Part shown: positions 1-10,227 of the stretch, in pieces
Position numbering within the stretch: position 1 is the stretch's first letter
Layout: each line of letters starts with the position of its first letter
From: Corallochytrium limacisporum Hawaii
Lineage: Eukaryota; Protista; Pluriformea
Direction: 5' to 3'
Assembly (NCBI GenBank): GCA_002811645.1
Contig: PDIP01000086.1
Span: 42,133 to 106,132, forward strand
Length of the DNA: 64,000 bases
Program-made: the position numbers and the translations under genes
Notes under the pieces: generated by a model
Databases searched by the model: none
What the model was told of the DNA's origin: nothing
What the model saw: only the letters and a program-made list of their open reading frames with translations

Positions 1-110
1 AGTGTTTATTCAATCCGTAAACGAAATATTTGAAATTGATTTGGTGTATAATGATATTTAATAATAATGATAATAATCAAAATATATATTATTCAATCAT
101 GATTAAAAAG
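1..110. other. AT-rich segment (about 18% GC) at window edge
   Basis: Hand count gives about 20 G/C in the first 110 nt, with AAT/TAA repeats; the rest of the window looks close to 50% GC. Confidence 0.6.
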
Positions 111-259
111 AGTGATCGGGGTTCTCGTTTTCGTGCGATTTGTCTCATACTTAGGAGACAGAGGGTGGTATTGCTGAAACTGCTAAGATTGACAACTACA
201 CATATGATTGCCTTCCAAAGTAGATCAGTTCCCCTTCACGGAGGGCACTCTTATGGTGA

Positions 260-373
260 TTTGAACTTCACATTCGCAGCTACAACCTACTCCGGCCGCA
301 GTTGAGACTTTCTCCGCACCCACCCTTTACGTGCCCGCCAGCACAATTTGATTCGCACGTTTGATTTGGCGCG
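260..373 (+). promoter_or_regulatory. E2F-like site (TTTGGCGCG, 365-373) and CHR-like TTTGAA (260-265) upstream of the BARD1-like gene
   Basis: Motifs seen directly and match the E2F consensus TTTSSCGC and CHR TTTGAA; function is inferred. Confidence 0.4.
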
Positions 374-630
374 ATATGTTTGACTTTTCCCTTCCCGCTC
401 CATTTCGACCTCTTCGCTGAGCTCCATTGGTGCCAATTTGGACCACTTCTAGCCCGACCTGAGCTCACACATGTCAGAAACGGCATAGGTCCCCTTCTGG
501 CTGTGTGTGAGCGCTGGAAATTCATGGCCCTCGATGCAAGAATTTGTTGGTATATAGAGAAAGTGATAACAAAAACAGAGTTGCAGCAGATAATTCCAAT
601 CTTCGAACCCATACGGAATTAGTGCTGAGA

Positions 631-2241
631 ATGCCGGACAGGAAAGCAGAGATGTTGGATCATGCACAGTGGCCTCATCTGCGGAAGGCTTTAAAACGGG
701 CAAGAGGCGTTTTCGTCTGTAGCATTTGTATTGACGAAATACATGAAGCTTACAAGCTCACTGACTGCGGACATCATTTCTGTCGGGTGTGCATCGAATC
801 ACACTTGGAGGAAGAGAATAACTGCCCCCAGTGTGGCTCACTTGCAACACCCAGAAGTCTTGTGAAGGTCGCTCTCATAGATGATCTTTTTGCGATGGTA
901 GAAAATATTTGGACCCACATTGCTGCTCTACGGAAGTACTCTGAATTCGGAAGGAAGAAATTACTCGTCTCCCATCGAACGAGATGGAGTCCAGATGCTG
1001 ACTCCTCGCCCACCATTGACACTCCACGACAAAGGAAGAAAGGTACCCACCAGGAAAAACGAGTACCCCATGAATCATTGGTAACCCAATGCAAGCTAGA
1101 CATTACCAACCAATCTCGGTTCTGGGTTTCACCTACGGCAGGGTCTCGTTACAGCGGAGTAAAGCCCTTAAATGTCAACAGACGTAATCTGAAAGGTGAG
1201 ACCAAGCTTCATCAGTTTGCAGTGAAAGGGGACATTGAGGGAGTTCAGCGATGTCTGGACGCTGGAGCGAACCCAAACACCACAGACAATGCGGGCTGGA
1301 GTCCCCTACACGATGTTGTAAACAATTGCTCAGTTAACATTGCCCGGATACTACTCAATGCGGGCGCTGACCCTAACCTAGGGGCGCAGGAGAACGGAAA
1401 CACTGCATTACATGAAGCAATTGAACAAAACCACATGGAACTGATTGATCTCCTGGTTTCCTTCGGGGCCAGAATGGATATTGCAAACAATACGGGGCTT
1501 ACTGCCAGGATGCAGTTGTCCAAGCCCGAGGCTGCTCGACTTGAAGCAGTGGCTGATTCCCTCCATACAACACGGTCGACCATGGCGGGCGAAGTAGGCC
1601 CCGAAGCTTCCTCAGCCCAATTTAAGGACTTGAGAATTGCTTTCACAAGAATTCCCGATAAGACGAAGAAGAAATACCTGAGGATAGCCGCAGACTTGAA
1701 GTTTCTGATCGATCAGCCGGTACAATCTGCGAGCCATCTTGTAACAGCAGTGGACAATAGTGGAAAGGTGGAAGCAAGGACTCAGAAGTACCTCACGGCG
1801 CTCTTGCTTGGAAAACCAATTGTAACACCATCTTGGCTGGAAGAGTGCATTAGACAAAGCAAGGTCCTGGGAGACCAGGAATTTCGGCCACAAGCTGACG
1901 AGGAGTTCAAAGATCCAGTTGGATATCGTATGCTTGCAGCCAGAGATGAAGGAAGCAAGCTTTTCGCTGGATTGACGTTCTGGTTTCACGGTCGCTTCCA
2001 TAGTGTAAGTCGAGAGGACTGGACAAGACTTGTTCGCCTTGGCGGTGGTATGGTTTGGGCCAAACATCCCCATCGCTATGAGGGCCAGCACGCTAAACAC
2101 TCTTCCTTCGATAGGCCACAGTTTATTGTTGTGTACGATGTCATGAAATTCAAGGGCCGCTTACAGTACCCCCACGCAGTTGCCCATGTAAACTGGCTCA
2201 AAGACTGTATCTCGCATAGTGGAATTCTTCCCCTTTCGTAG
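631..2241 (+). CDS. BARD1: BARD1-like protein (RING - ankyrin repeats - tandem BRCT)
   Basis: C3HC4 RING (CSIC...CGHHFCRVC...CPQC); ankyrin block starting NRRNLKGETKLH and DNAGWSPLH; two BRCTs (SHLV...KYLTALLLGKPIVTPSWL; LFAGLTFWFHG...WLKDCIS). First ATG at 631; the ORF track starts at an upstream TTG. Confidence 0.9.
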   Translation: MPDRKAEMLDHAQWPHLRKALKRARGVFVCSICIDEIHEAYKLTDCGHHFCRVCIESHLEEENNCPQCGSLATPRSLVKVALIDDLFAMVENIWTHIAALRKYSEFGRKKLLVSHRTRWSPDADSSPTIDTPRQRKKGTHQEKRVPHESLVTQCKLDITNQSRFWVSPTAGSRYSGVKPLNVNRRNLKGETKLHQFAVKGDIEGVQRCLDAGANPNTTDNAGWSPLHDVVNNCSVNIARILLNAGADPNLGAQENGNTALHEAIEQNHMELIDLLVSFGARMDIANNTGLTARMQLSKPEAARLEAVADSLHTTRSTMAGEVGPEASSAQFKDLRIAFTRIPDKTKKKYLRIAADLKFLIDQPVQSASHLVTAVDNSGKVEARTQKYLTALLLGKPIVTPSWLEECIRQSKVLGDQEFRPQADEEFKDPVGYRMLAARDEGSKLFAGLTFWFHGRFHSVSREDWTRLVRLGGGMVWAKHPHRYEGQHAKHSSFDRPQFIVVYDVMKFKGRLQYPHAVAHVNWLKDCISHSGILPLS

Positions 2242-2325
2242 CCAAAATGTATACACTGGGCAATCTCTGCTATCTGTCCGAGTGCAAGGTGGCAACGCTG
2301 CATATCTGACTTCCATATTTTTTCT

Positions 2326-3498
2326 CTATCTTTTTGTGTGTACATGCCTCTTGGCGCCTCGCAACATCGCTCGGCGACCACTTGAAGAGGACGAGCTGTC
2401 TATCATTTTCTGTGACGGGAAATGGTTCATTCTGGTGGCAGCAATGGCAGCAGATTGTTCAGGTGTCAGCGGCTTCATGTTGGTGTACGCAGCCGTTTCA
2501 TTATGTTTCACGTCATGCTGGGTCATGATATGGTTCTCCAGATGATGCTTGAGACGGAAATCCCACTTGCATATCGTACATTCATAGCGCCGAATGTTCA
2601 AGTGCGTGAGCTTATGGCGCTCCAACGTCGTGGTCTCCCGGAACGCCTTGTTGCACATAAAGCACTTGTGAGGTTTGCATCCAGTATGTGTATTGATGTG
2701 GGCTAGGAGCCGATCGCCTTTCGTGAATGCCTTACCGCAAATAGCACACTGCCCTCTGTCCGTCATTGGGCCTGTTTCTGAGGACCTTACAGTCGCGATT
2801 GAAGTCGTGCCTACCTGAATTTCTCGAGATGTTGTGCCAATACTTGGCTCCGCTGGCCCGGTTGGTGCTACGATGACAGGTACTGACGCAGCAAAATACA
2901 TCACTTGTCCCTGAGCATTTGTAAAGGGTATCTGAACTGATGGAGGCGCATCCAATGCAGGCGTCTGTGTCATCACGCGCTGTCCTAGCATTCCAGACGG
3001 CGCAAGGAAAGGCTGATAGTGAGGATTAGGAGGGATAGTTGCCGGGACAGTGGGCAGTACTCCAGGATGAAAGGGAGGGGAATGCATAGTCCTCGGTACT
3101 GTTTGAGATGGTAGTAGGTGCTCCGTTTGCGGACCTTGAATATTTTTGCATAGTGAGTGTTGTAGTAAGGGTGGTGGCGGTACGCTTGGTGATACTTTTG
3201 TTGGTCCAGATGGAGGATACCTTGAGTCTGATGGACCTTGAATGGAAGGCATTGCTGCCACTCTGAATGACTGTGCCTCCTGACGGGACCGCAGTTCACC
3301 AGGTTGCACAGAGTACAGAGCATGTGGAACAGCTGGGCTAGCATAGTGGGCACGGGGTTGTACCGCTCCGGCAAGCTGCACCGGTGAAACCAAAGCATAT
3401 ACCTGAGGGACCATCACACTATGATCCATGTCTGTTCCTGCTTCCTGTTCATGGCTGTGCCCCGGCTGCTCGATCTTGCCGGCCGGGAATCCACTCAT
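2326..3498 (-). CDS. C2H2 zinc-finger transcription factor (3 C-terminal fingers, P/Q-rich N-terminus)
   Basis: CAICGKAF...HINTHTGCKPHKC...HKLTH...CTIC...LKHHLENHIMTQH; first ATG at 3498. Confidence 0.85.
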   Translation of the reverse strand: MSGFPAGKIEQPGHSHEQEAGTDMDHSVMVPQVYALVSPVQLAGAVQPRAHYASPAVPHALYSVQPGELRSRQEAQSFRVAAMPSIQGPSDSRYPPSGPTKVSPSVPPPPLLQHSLCKNIQGPQTEHLLPSQTVPRTMHSPPFHPGVLPTVPATIPPNPHYQPFLAPSGMLGQRVMTQTPALDAPPSVQIPFTNAQGQVMYFAASVPVIVAPTGPAEPSIGTTSREIQVGTTSIATVRSSETGPMTDRGQCAICGKAFTKGDRLLAHINTHTGCKPHKCFMCNKAFRETTTLERHKLTHLNIRRYECTICKWDFRLKHHLENHIMTQHDVKHNETAAYTNMKPLTPEQSAAIAATRMNHFPSQKMIDSSSSSSGRRAMLRGAKRHVHTKR

Positions 3499-4548
3499 TT
3501 GTGCTTTCAATGGATTTTGCTGGGTACCTGTTGAAAGCCCTACGTTCGCACCTTACCGATCCATTTCCGGCTGTATTTGAGTTAGACTTCCAGGAGACGT
3601 ACTGTCTTGTTTGGTTCTTTCTGCGTTGTTGAAAGATTGAGAAGTTGATGTCGTGCACTTGGCACAACTCTTGGCCACACTTGTCCCGAAGTCAGTGACG
3701 GTTTTCGTCGTTTTTGATTTGATCGAAGGCCCAACGTGGAACATGAAATTTGCTGGGTGGCGTACATCTACATTTACACTCGACGTTAGGCCTTCAGGAC
3801 CTTTAGCGGACAGAACCACAGTGTTCTGAATTCTCGTGCATGTTGGCAATCATAGTTCCGGAGGAACCTGCCAGCCAGTCAGCTTTCGGATCACGATTTC
3901 GTTGCTGTTGTTATTGTCAATGTCCGAACAACAACTACGCGATTCCCTTAGATGATCGTTCCCAGTGCTGTACGTCGGTTTGGAAGCTCGCTAAAGAGAA
4001 GGGGACTCGGTTTCGGAATGCACGCACTTTTTTTAGTTCGACAGCAGTGTACGGCCTCTGATTCCAAATCATATATATTGCCATCGATTGCATTCTGATT
4101 TGGCGTATACTACAGTGAAACACCACACTTATCGTCCAGGAATTGTATTTCAGTAGTGTAGATGCAACTGTTTTAAGAACAATGGAGAAAGGTTTAATAT
4201 TCTTTACGCATTCCACTTTCAAAGGCTATGCCTCATTGGCTGTGTATCTGCAACTCTCCATTCTTCAGTAGCAGTATAGAGCAGTCCCTCTCCATTTACG
4301 TTGTAACTTCCGCAGGTCGGAAATCCCAAAGCGGCATACTGGGACAATTTACCCCAAGTGCCGTCACCAGATTCTCCAACAGTGGCACAGTAGGATCGCG
4401 TACACATTGCAAGTCTGACCAGCCTCTGCTTGGGCTGTGCCATAGTAAATATATGGAGACGACAATTTTCGATTGCGAACTTGCTGCAATCACAATATTG
4501 AATGATGCTGGAATCCGGCCAGTCTTCTTTTCCAAGGAGCGCTACAGT

Positions 4549-4578
4549 CCCCCTCCCCCCCCACCCCCCGGGGAGGGG
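4549..4578. repeat. C-tract followed by G-tract in the divergent promoter between the two zinc-finger genes
   Basis: ccccctccccccccaccccccggggagggg seen directly. Confidence 0.7.
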
Positions 4579-4987
4579 AATTTCCCTGAGTAGAAAGTGG
4601 AAACTTAGACTTTGGGAGTCCACTTCGCGTCTCAGAAAATTGTCATCATTCGTGCACCATGGTGCACCAACGACCTCGAGACTGTTTTTCCATTTTTGGA
4701 AACAGTATAGTATAGGAAATTCCCTATTTCGAGAGACCAATCGAGAACATTCCAATACAATGACAAGGCAGCTACAAATACCCGTTCACAAGTGTCTTGC
4801 ATATGCAGGAACCAGAATTTGATTAGTGGACATTTGCTCTCATCACTCACGGAGTGAGCGGGCCACCGGGAGACCCTCCGCCACAGCCTCAGCGGCGGAT
4901 TTTGCCATCTGCTACACAGAAATTGTTGCTACACCGAAGTTAACGCTGCTCCTGCGGCGTAGCGGTGTGGATGCTTTCTGCGCAGAC

Positions 4988-6358
4988 ATGGCCGATGCGA
5001 GAGATGCACACGGAGGAGCAAGTGAGAAGGAGGGTAGGCGAGGTCCGACGAACGGGTCACGGTACCGCGATGCGCAGGAGGCGACACCAATATTTCAGTC
5101 TCGGCCAACATCGAACGCATCTGACCGCGGTGCCGGGCAGATGAGCCAGGACGCGGTCGGCAGGAAGGGGCAGAGTCGGGACCAGGGGACCAAGAAAAGT
5201 GAATTCGCCTGTGACAGATGTGGCCAGTTGTTCAAACGGAAACACCGGTTGGTGTTACACACACGCATGCACACGGGGCACAAGCCACACAAGTGCGGCC
5301 TGTGCGGTAAGACGTTCGCGGAGCTGGCGAGTCTCCGAAACCACGAGTTTGTGCACAGCAACAAACGACCGCACGCGTGCCCGTTCTGCTTCAAACCGTT
5401 CAAACTGCGGCACCACCTGAAGAGACACTCAGTCATCTGCCACAACATTGAGCTCCCGCCCTGTGGCGCGTTGGGGCAACACCAGAAGTCAAGGTGGCAC
5501 CTGCAGGACGTTTCTGGCAAGCTGTACGCCTTTCATGGGCCAGACGGGTGTGTTGTGAGGAAATTTCCCATCGACGTCCAACTGTGCCCGGTGTGCCATG
5601 TGGAGAGTGGTCGAGTCGCGGATGCGGGCTGGCTTACTGAGCCGTTCGACGAACCTCCGGCGGGCACATACTTTGGCCAGCCCATCACGGTGAGCAAACC
5701 GGTGAGTGCGACGCTGGGGGTGACGGGGCGCGGCGGGGCTTCGACGGCCGAGGTGAAGAATGAGGCCACCGGTGACCCTGAGTGCGGACGGTCTGAAGTG
5801 GACACCAAGGACGAGAGAGTGGCGTATGGTGGTGGTGGTGGCCAGTACAGTGGGGGTGGCAGTGGCACTCAGGGTTCGAGACCGGTGCAACAGGACCCGA
5901 GGGGAGCGTACGCAGGAAATGAGGCTGTGGTGTTCCTGACTCCCATGGCGCATATGCTGGTTCATCCGCAGCAGGTCGTGCACGGGGCGCACGCTGGCCA
6001 AGACGTCGCAAACCAGTGGCAGTGCCAGCAAGTGTACGCCATTCCCATGAACCAGCAGCAACCGGCCATGTACCCGGTGCCGACAAAGCAACAGCGACCG
6101 GACTCCGTGTACCCGGCGCCGACACACCACCCGCGAGCTTCCCACTACCAGGCCCACCACCTGCACGGCCCCGTGGTCATGTACCAAGTTCCACCGCAAG
6201 GGCAGCCAAGCCAACAGCCCGGGCTCATGATGTACAGACTGACCCAGGCAGCGCCGGCATCCCCAACATCGGCACCGGACCCGACGCGGTTGCCGGTGCC
6301 TACCCCACCGTCGGGCAGCACGCCTCAGCACCCCTCATCCCGCCGAAGCTGTCTCTAG
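4988..6358 (+). CDS. C2H2 zinc-finger transcription factor (3 N-terminal fingers, Q/P/H-rich C-terminus)
   Basis: CDRCGQLF...HTRMHTGHKPHKC...HEFVH...CPFC...LRHHLKRHSVICH; first ATG at 4988; GC-rich codon usage. Confidence 0.85.
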   Translation: MADARDAHGGASEKEGRRGPTNGSRYRDAQEATPIFQSRPTSNASDRGAGQMSQDAVGRKGQSRDQGTKKSEFACDRCGQLFKRKHRLVLHTRMHTGHKPHKCGLCGKTFAELASLRNHEFVHSNKRPHACPFCFKPFKLRHHLKRHSVICHNIELPPCGALGQHQKSRWHLQDVSGKLYAFHGPDGCVVRKFPIDVQLCPVCHVESGRVADAGWLTEPFDEPPAGTYFGQPITVSKPVSATLGVTGRGGASTAEVKNEATGDPECGRSEVDTKDERVAYGGGGGQYSGGGSGTQGSRPVQQDPRGAYAGNEAVVFLTPMAHMLVHPQQVVHGAHAGQDVANQWQCQQVYAIPMNQQQPAMYPVPTKQQRPDSVYPAPTHHPRASHYQAHHLHGPVVMYQVPPQGQPSQQPGLMMYRLTQAAPASPTSAPDPTRLPVPTPPSGSTPQHPSSRRSCL

Positions 6359-6486
6359 GGTTCATACCCGCATGTTGATGCTCTGCAAGCATTCTGACGA
6401 GTATGTCGCGAGTAGGCACAAAAACAAGTTAAGCACTGAATTATAGAGAGGTAGATGTATGTATGATTATACGAGTTTTACTAGTG

Positions 6487-9400
6487 TTAGCGGTAGTTAT
6501 CGATGACTGAATATGGTAGACTTCCTGACGGTTCTTTTGAGTCGCTCTGCGGGGATATGGACAGGCTCTGTTGTCTATGAAATGAATCGCTCGACGACGA
6601 CAGTTTCTGGTTTGCGCCAAGGTGGGTGTGAGATGTCGGTGCTTTGTTCTTGTCCAAGTTAGAAGAGCCTCCCGGAAGAAGTTGATTGAGCTCGGGGATG
6701 TTTACCGCCGTTATGTCATGAGGGATATGCCTCTGTTTACCATCAGAGTGGGAACTGAAAAATCTACATATGGAAGAAAGACCACCCGCTCGTCTAGTTG
6801 CTGTCCCGTTTTCATCTCTAGACTGATGACGATGCAACCTCTGTCCTTCTTCACCGTGCTCTTTGCGTGCCTGTCTCCGCTTTCGGTTTCTGTACTCAAA
6901 GACGCCTAAGTAGACGAGTAGACTAGTGCTAATGAAAGCACAGGCGCCTACGGTTACTGCAGCCCACACTGGGAGACCCAAAATGGATTGCTCCGGTGGC
7001 ACACAGTCAACGTTACACAGTCGCGAAATCTGAGCTGGCCGTGTGCCCGTGCACATGACTTCGTCTAGGATCGTTCCAGACTGACTGACGCAGTCATAGT
7101 CCGTACTTTGGGTACCGTTGCACCAGTCTGAACACGAAGACCACCGCTTTTCCTCCCATGCTGGATACACGGAGCTCCCACAGTCAACGAGAGCAACATG
7201 GCAGATTCTTTGTACAAGTGGCACAGGCTCCCCGCAGAAACTGTTACTAACTCGTCGCCCAGTGTCATCGCGCTCGCAGTATATGTCGCGGTACTGCAAT
7301 CCGTAACCACATTGGCGGTCACATTCCGACCAGGAGGTTGTCCGCCATACAAACTTACCAGGGAGGCATTCGCCACCAAAACAACTCTTGTTCGTGTCAC
7401 ATATGGTACCATCCGTGACATAGCTAATGCTTGCGTCCGGGTGTGTACAATTTCCTGCGTAACTGCACCGCTCTTGACAAATGTTGCTAGATTCAATTGC
7501 GCAGGACTGTAGGGCATGGTCACTGCAAACGGGGGTTATACATTCCCCGTTGCTACAGTAACCCTCTGAGCTAGTTCCGCAAGAAGTATCTGGCAGACGG
7601 AATTGACATGTGTCAAAATTGCAGCACTCGGCCTCAAAGTCTGTCCAAGTGACGGAACTTGAGCACTGTGCTTCTTCAGCCAGAACACAAAGCGACTGGT
7701 CACAGCACGCTGAGTCGTCATCACACTCTTCGCCGTGTTCCACAACTCCGTTGCCACATTCTGGCTGGAAATGCACGAGACAATTAGCATGACTAGTGTA
7801 GCCATTCAGAGTATCAGAAATGTGCTCACAGACCTGTCCCGCATTCTCTGCAAGGAACCGTTGCTCACTAGTCTTATCGTGAGACATTAAACCGTTTGTG
7901 GTATGTCTGGCTCCAAAATTATGCCCAATTTCGTGAGCAAAGGTCATCCATGTCCGACCGCCAACATAGTATGATGTGACAGCAGTACCACTACTGCAAA
8001 ATTGTCCATTTGCACAAGATCCCCAGTAACAGGATCTCTGGCATTCTGGTTCATTTTCTGGACAATTCTCACAGTAGATGCTATTCTGCATGCAGAGCAC
8101 CCCCACACCGGCCAATCCGACCGTCACACTGCCTCCTCCAGGTTGCACCGGATAACAATTTGTCAGGAGATGCCAGAGACCGTTCTGAGTGTCGCGGCTG
8201 GCTCCATCTGTTGCCGAGCAGCAAGATCGCCAACGCGAGAACATGTCAAGCTTTTCGTTGATTGTCGCACCACAGTCCCGGGTGTTAGTACCCGAAGGGG
8301 CCTCATTCCAGTCAGGACCCCCACTGGAGCTGTACATCACTACTGTACCTAGAACTAGTACTACATGCACCTGGTCTGCGTATACTGTGTTTGCAGCATT
8401 GATGATACGCATGAGGTGCTCACTTGCAAAATCCACGCCGCCGTTGCGGGCCACAAAGCCGTAGTCCATGGCCACACCAATATGCAAAGCATAGGCGTCG
8501 TTAGGACAATCTTGGAGTAGGTCTGTAGCCTCGGCGACGGTGGATCTGGATTGTTTATACAAGGCACCCGCAGCTTCAGCGTAGGATGAAATACCAGGAG
8601 TGGGCAACTTCAACGCCAAGGGTGAGTGGTGTCCGTGCTCTTGCTTTTGCCGTGCCTGTATGCTTCCGTCTTTTCTGGACCCGCCACTGATACCACTGTT
8701 CCTACGTGAAAGGTGCAGGTCGGAGATATTGTCATGCAGTCTGATCCCAGTGCCCACTCCGCAGACGCCAATATCGCCGATGCCATACTCTGCCAACTCG
8801 TTCACCACACGTTGGGTAATCGCGTCATCCTCCCAAGAACCAGTGGTAGAGGAGCCCTGCGTCATGCGGTAATGTTGATGGTGCACTCTGTCGTTCCGAC
8901 GGTATTGCTTGTGATCCTGACCAGCAGAGACAAATCCGTCCACAACAACCCAGTCCTGGATCCTTTCATCCCATATCAATGCATGAATCCCGCCGAGAGC
9001 CAAATAGCTGAACGTTACCGAAGCTATTGTCTCGCCGTTGCCATTCAGTGCCCGATAAGCCAGGAAACGAGGGAAGTTTTTGATACTTTCATTGTGTTTG
9101 TGCCGGTGCTCATCAGAGTATCCCTGAGGATCGATGACTCGGTAGCTGCTAGTGTGCGCCTGCCAGCCAACTGTACCAAATATGCTCTCATCTCGCTGCA
9201 AATTGAGATAATAGTTTGTGATTCCTAGTCGGAACTTGAGCCCAAAGCGATCAGGAAGATCTCGATATCCATGTCCATCCGGCTGCCCAGGAGACTGTAG
9301 GTGTGTAGCGCTACCATACTTACCACTGCCGTAATTGCTTCTAAAGGTGATCAAATCCTCAAAAATTTCTTCAAATTCTACAAAGATTTCATCACTGGAT

Positions 9401-9492
9401 AGAAGGACTGCGGGCTGTCCGCTCAGGGCAACTCCCCAGGCAGGACTCTGCAGCGCACAGAATAAACACAATGAGTACACAAGAACTCTCAT
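6487..9492 (-). CDS. Membrane-anchored reprolysin (M12B) metalloprotease with disintegrin and two TSP1 repeats (ADAM/ADAMTS-like)
   Basis: Signal peptide MRVLVYSLCLFCAL; cysteine-switch-like GVCGVG; zinc motif HEIGHNFGARH plus Met-turn GLMS; disintegrin start CGNGVVEHGEECD; TSP1 repeats WRTTSWSECDRQCGYG and WEEKRWSSCSDWC; TM helix LPVWAAVTVGACAFISTSLLVYLGVF; cytosolic tail. Confidence 0.9.
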   Translation of the reverse strand: MRVLVYSLCLFCALQSPAWGVALSGQPAVLLSSDEIFVEFEEIFEDLITFRSNYGSGKYGSATHLQSPGQPDGHGYRDLPDRFGLKFRLGITNYYLNLQRDESIFGTVGWQAHTSSYRVIDPQGYSDEHRHKHNESIKNFPRFLAYRALNGNGETIASVTFSYLALGGIHALIWDERIQDWVVVDGFVSAGQDHKQYRRNDRVHHQHYRMTQGSSTTGSWEDDAITQRVVNELAEYGIGDIGVCGVGTGIRLHDNISDLHLSRRNSGISGGSRKDGSIQARQKQEHGHHSPLALKLPTPGISSYAEAAGALYKQSRSTVAEATDLLQDCPNDAYALHIGVAMDYGFVARNGGVDFASEHLMRIINAANTVYADQVHVVLVLGTVVMYSSSGGPDWNEAPSGTNTRDCGATINEKLDMFSRWRSCCSATDGASRDTQNGLWHLLTNCYPVQPGGGSVTVGLAGVGVLCMQNSIYCENCPENEPECQRSCYWGSCANGQFCSSGTAVTSYYVGGRTWMTFAHEIGHNFGARHTTNGLMSHDKTSEQRFLAENAGQVCEHISDTLNGYTSHANCLVHFQPECGNGVVEHGEECDDDSACCDQSLCVLAEEAQCSSSVTWTDFEAECCNFDTCQFRLPDTSCGTSSEGYCSNGECITPVCSDHALQSCAIESSNICQERCSYAGNCTHPDASISYVTDGTICDTNKSCFGGECLPGKFVWRTTSWSECDRQCGYGLQYRDIYCERDDTGRRVSNSFCGEPVPLVQRICHVALVDCGSSVYPAWEEKRWSSCSDWCNGTQSTDYDCVSQSGTILDEVMCTGTRPAQISRLCNVDCVPPEQSILGLPVWAAVTVGACAFISTSLLVYLGVFEYRNRKRRQARKEHGEEGQRLHRHQSRDENGTATRRAGGLSSICRFFSSHSDGKQRHIPHDITAVNIPELNQLLPGGSSNLDKNKAPTSHTHLGANQKLSSSSDSFHRQQSLSISPQSDSKEPSGSLPYSVIDNYR

Positions 9493-10185
9493 GAATTTAT
9501 ATTGAAGAAAGAAATAAACCCATGTAGACAAAATTAGTTCTTCCTCTATTCATTCTGTCTCGTTTGTTCTCCCACTGTCTTTAGTGATCACTATAGGATC
9601 CGGCAGCTATATCGGCGGATTTGAAGTAGCTGGTTGTTCTACCATGTTTCATTTACATGGGTCTTTGTCAAATAGAATCTCCTCATTCAATGTATTAGCT
9701 GTGGCTCATCACAGTCATGTCCGTGAATTCGTGTTTTTCAATAGTATCTGTGAGGCCGATGGAAAGTCCTCAGCTCACAAAATCTGAGCACCTGTCAGTC
9801 ATCTCTTGAAACAGGAGGTCGGTACGTGCGGGGTTCGCAAAACTGGGAGTCCACCATACAAACTTTGGTAACCCTCGCTATGGGATATCCATTTCCACCA
9901 GCAGGCTTGTCCGCAGACGCAGGGGTTGATAGGCTACGTAAAAAGAAACCGTGTATTGCTTAGGGTCGTTCGATTCTGTGATACTTTAAACGTTGTCGTC
10001 TCAAGGCCGAACACGGACAACCAGTTGTCGCACACTCAGGGATGAATGAGTGAGGTCTGTTTGATGAATTGTACAAGTTTGTGCCAACGGGCAAAAATAC
10101 AAATGGCAAACTCTCCGAGATCCAATTCACAAACTGGCCCTCCTCCGCATCTACACATTCCCCACCCTCCCGCAATCGCGGCCTT

Positions 10186-10227
10186 CCCCAACCCCGGGGG
10201 CGGCCCCGGGGGTTGGGGGGGGGGGGA
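10186..10227. repeat. GC-rich imperfect palindrome plus G-tract
   Basis: ccccaaccccgggggcggccccgggggttgggg followed by a long G run; the arms are near reverse complements. Confidence 0.65.

Noticed and set aside
3511-3849. In-frame upstream ORF (3553-3849) separated from the minus-strand zinc-finger gene by one TAA, with a GTAAGG..CAG 29-nt intron candidate
   Set aside because: Splicing does not join any open frame to the zinc-finger frame, and the upstream ORF starts at TTG; treated as 5' UTR.
5489-6331. Long antisense ORFs inside genes (also 31278-32114, 36934-37617, 17322-17939)
   Set aside because: Shadow frames caused by GC-rich codon usage of the real genes.
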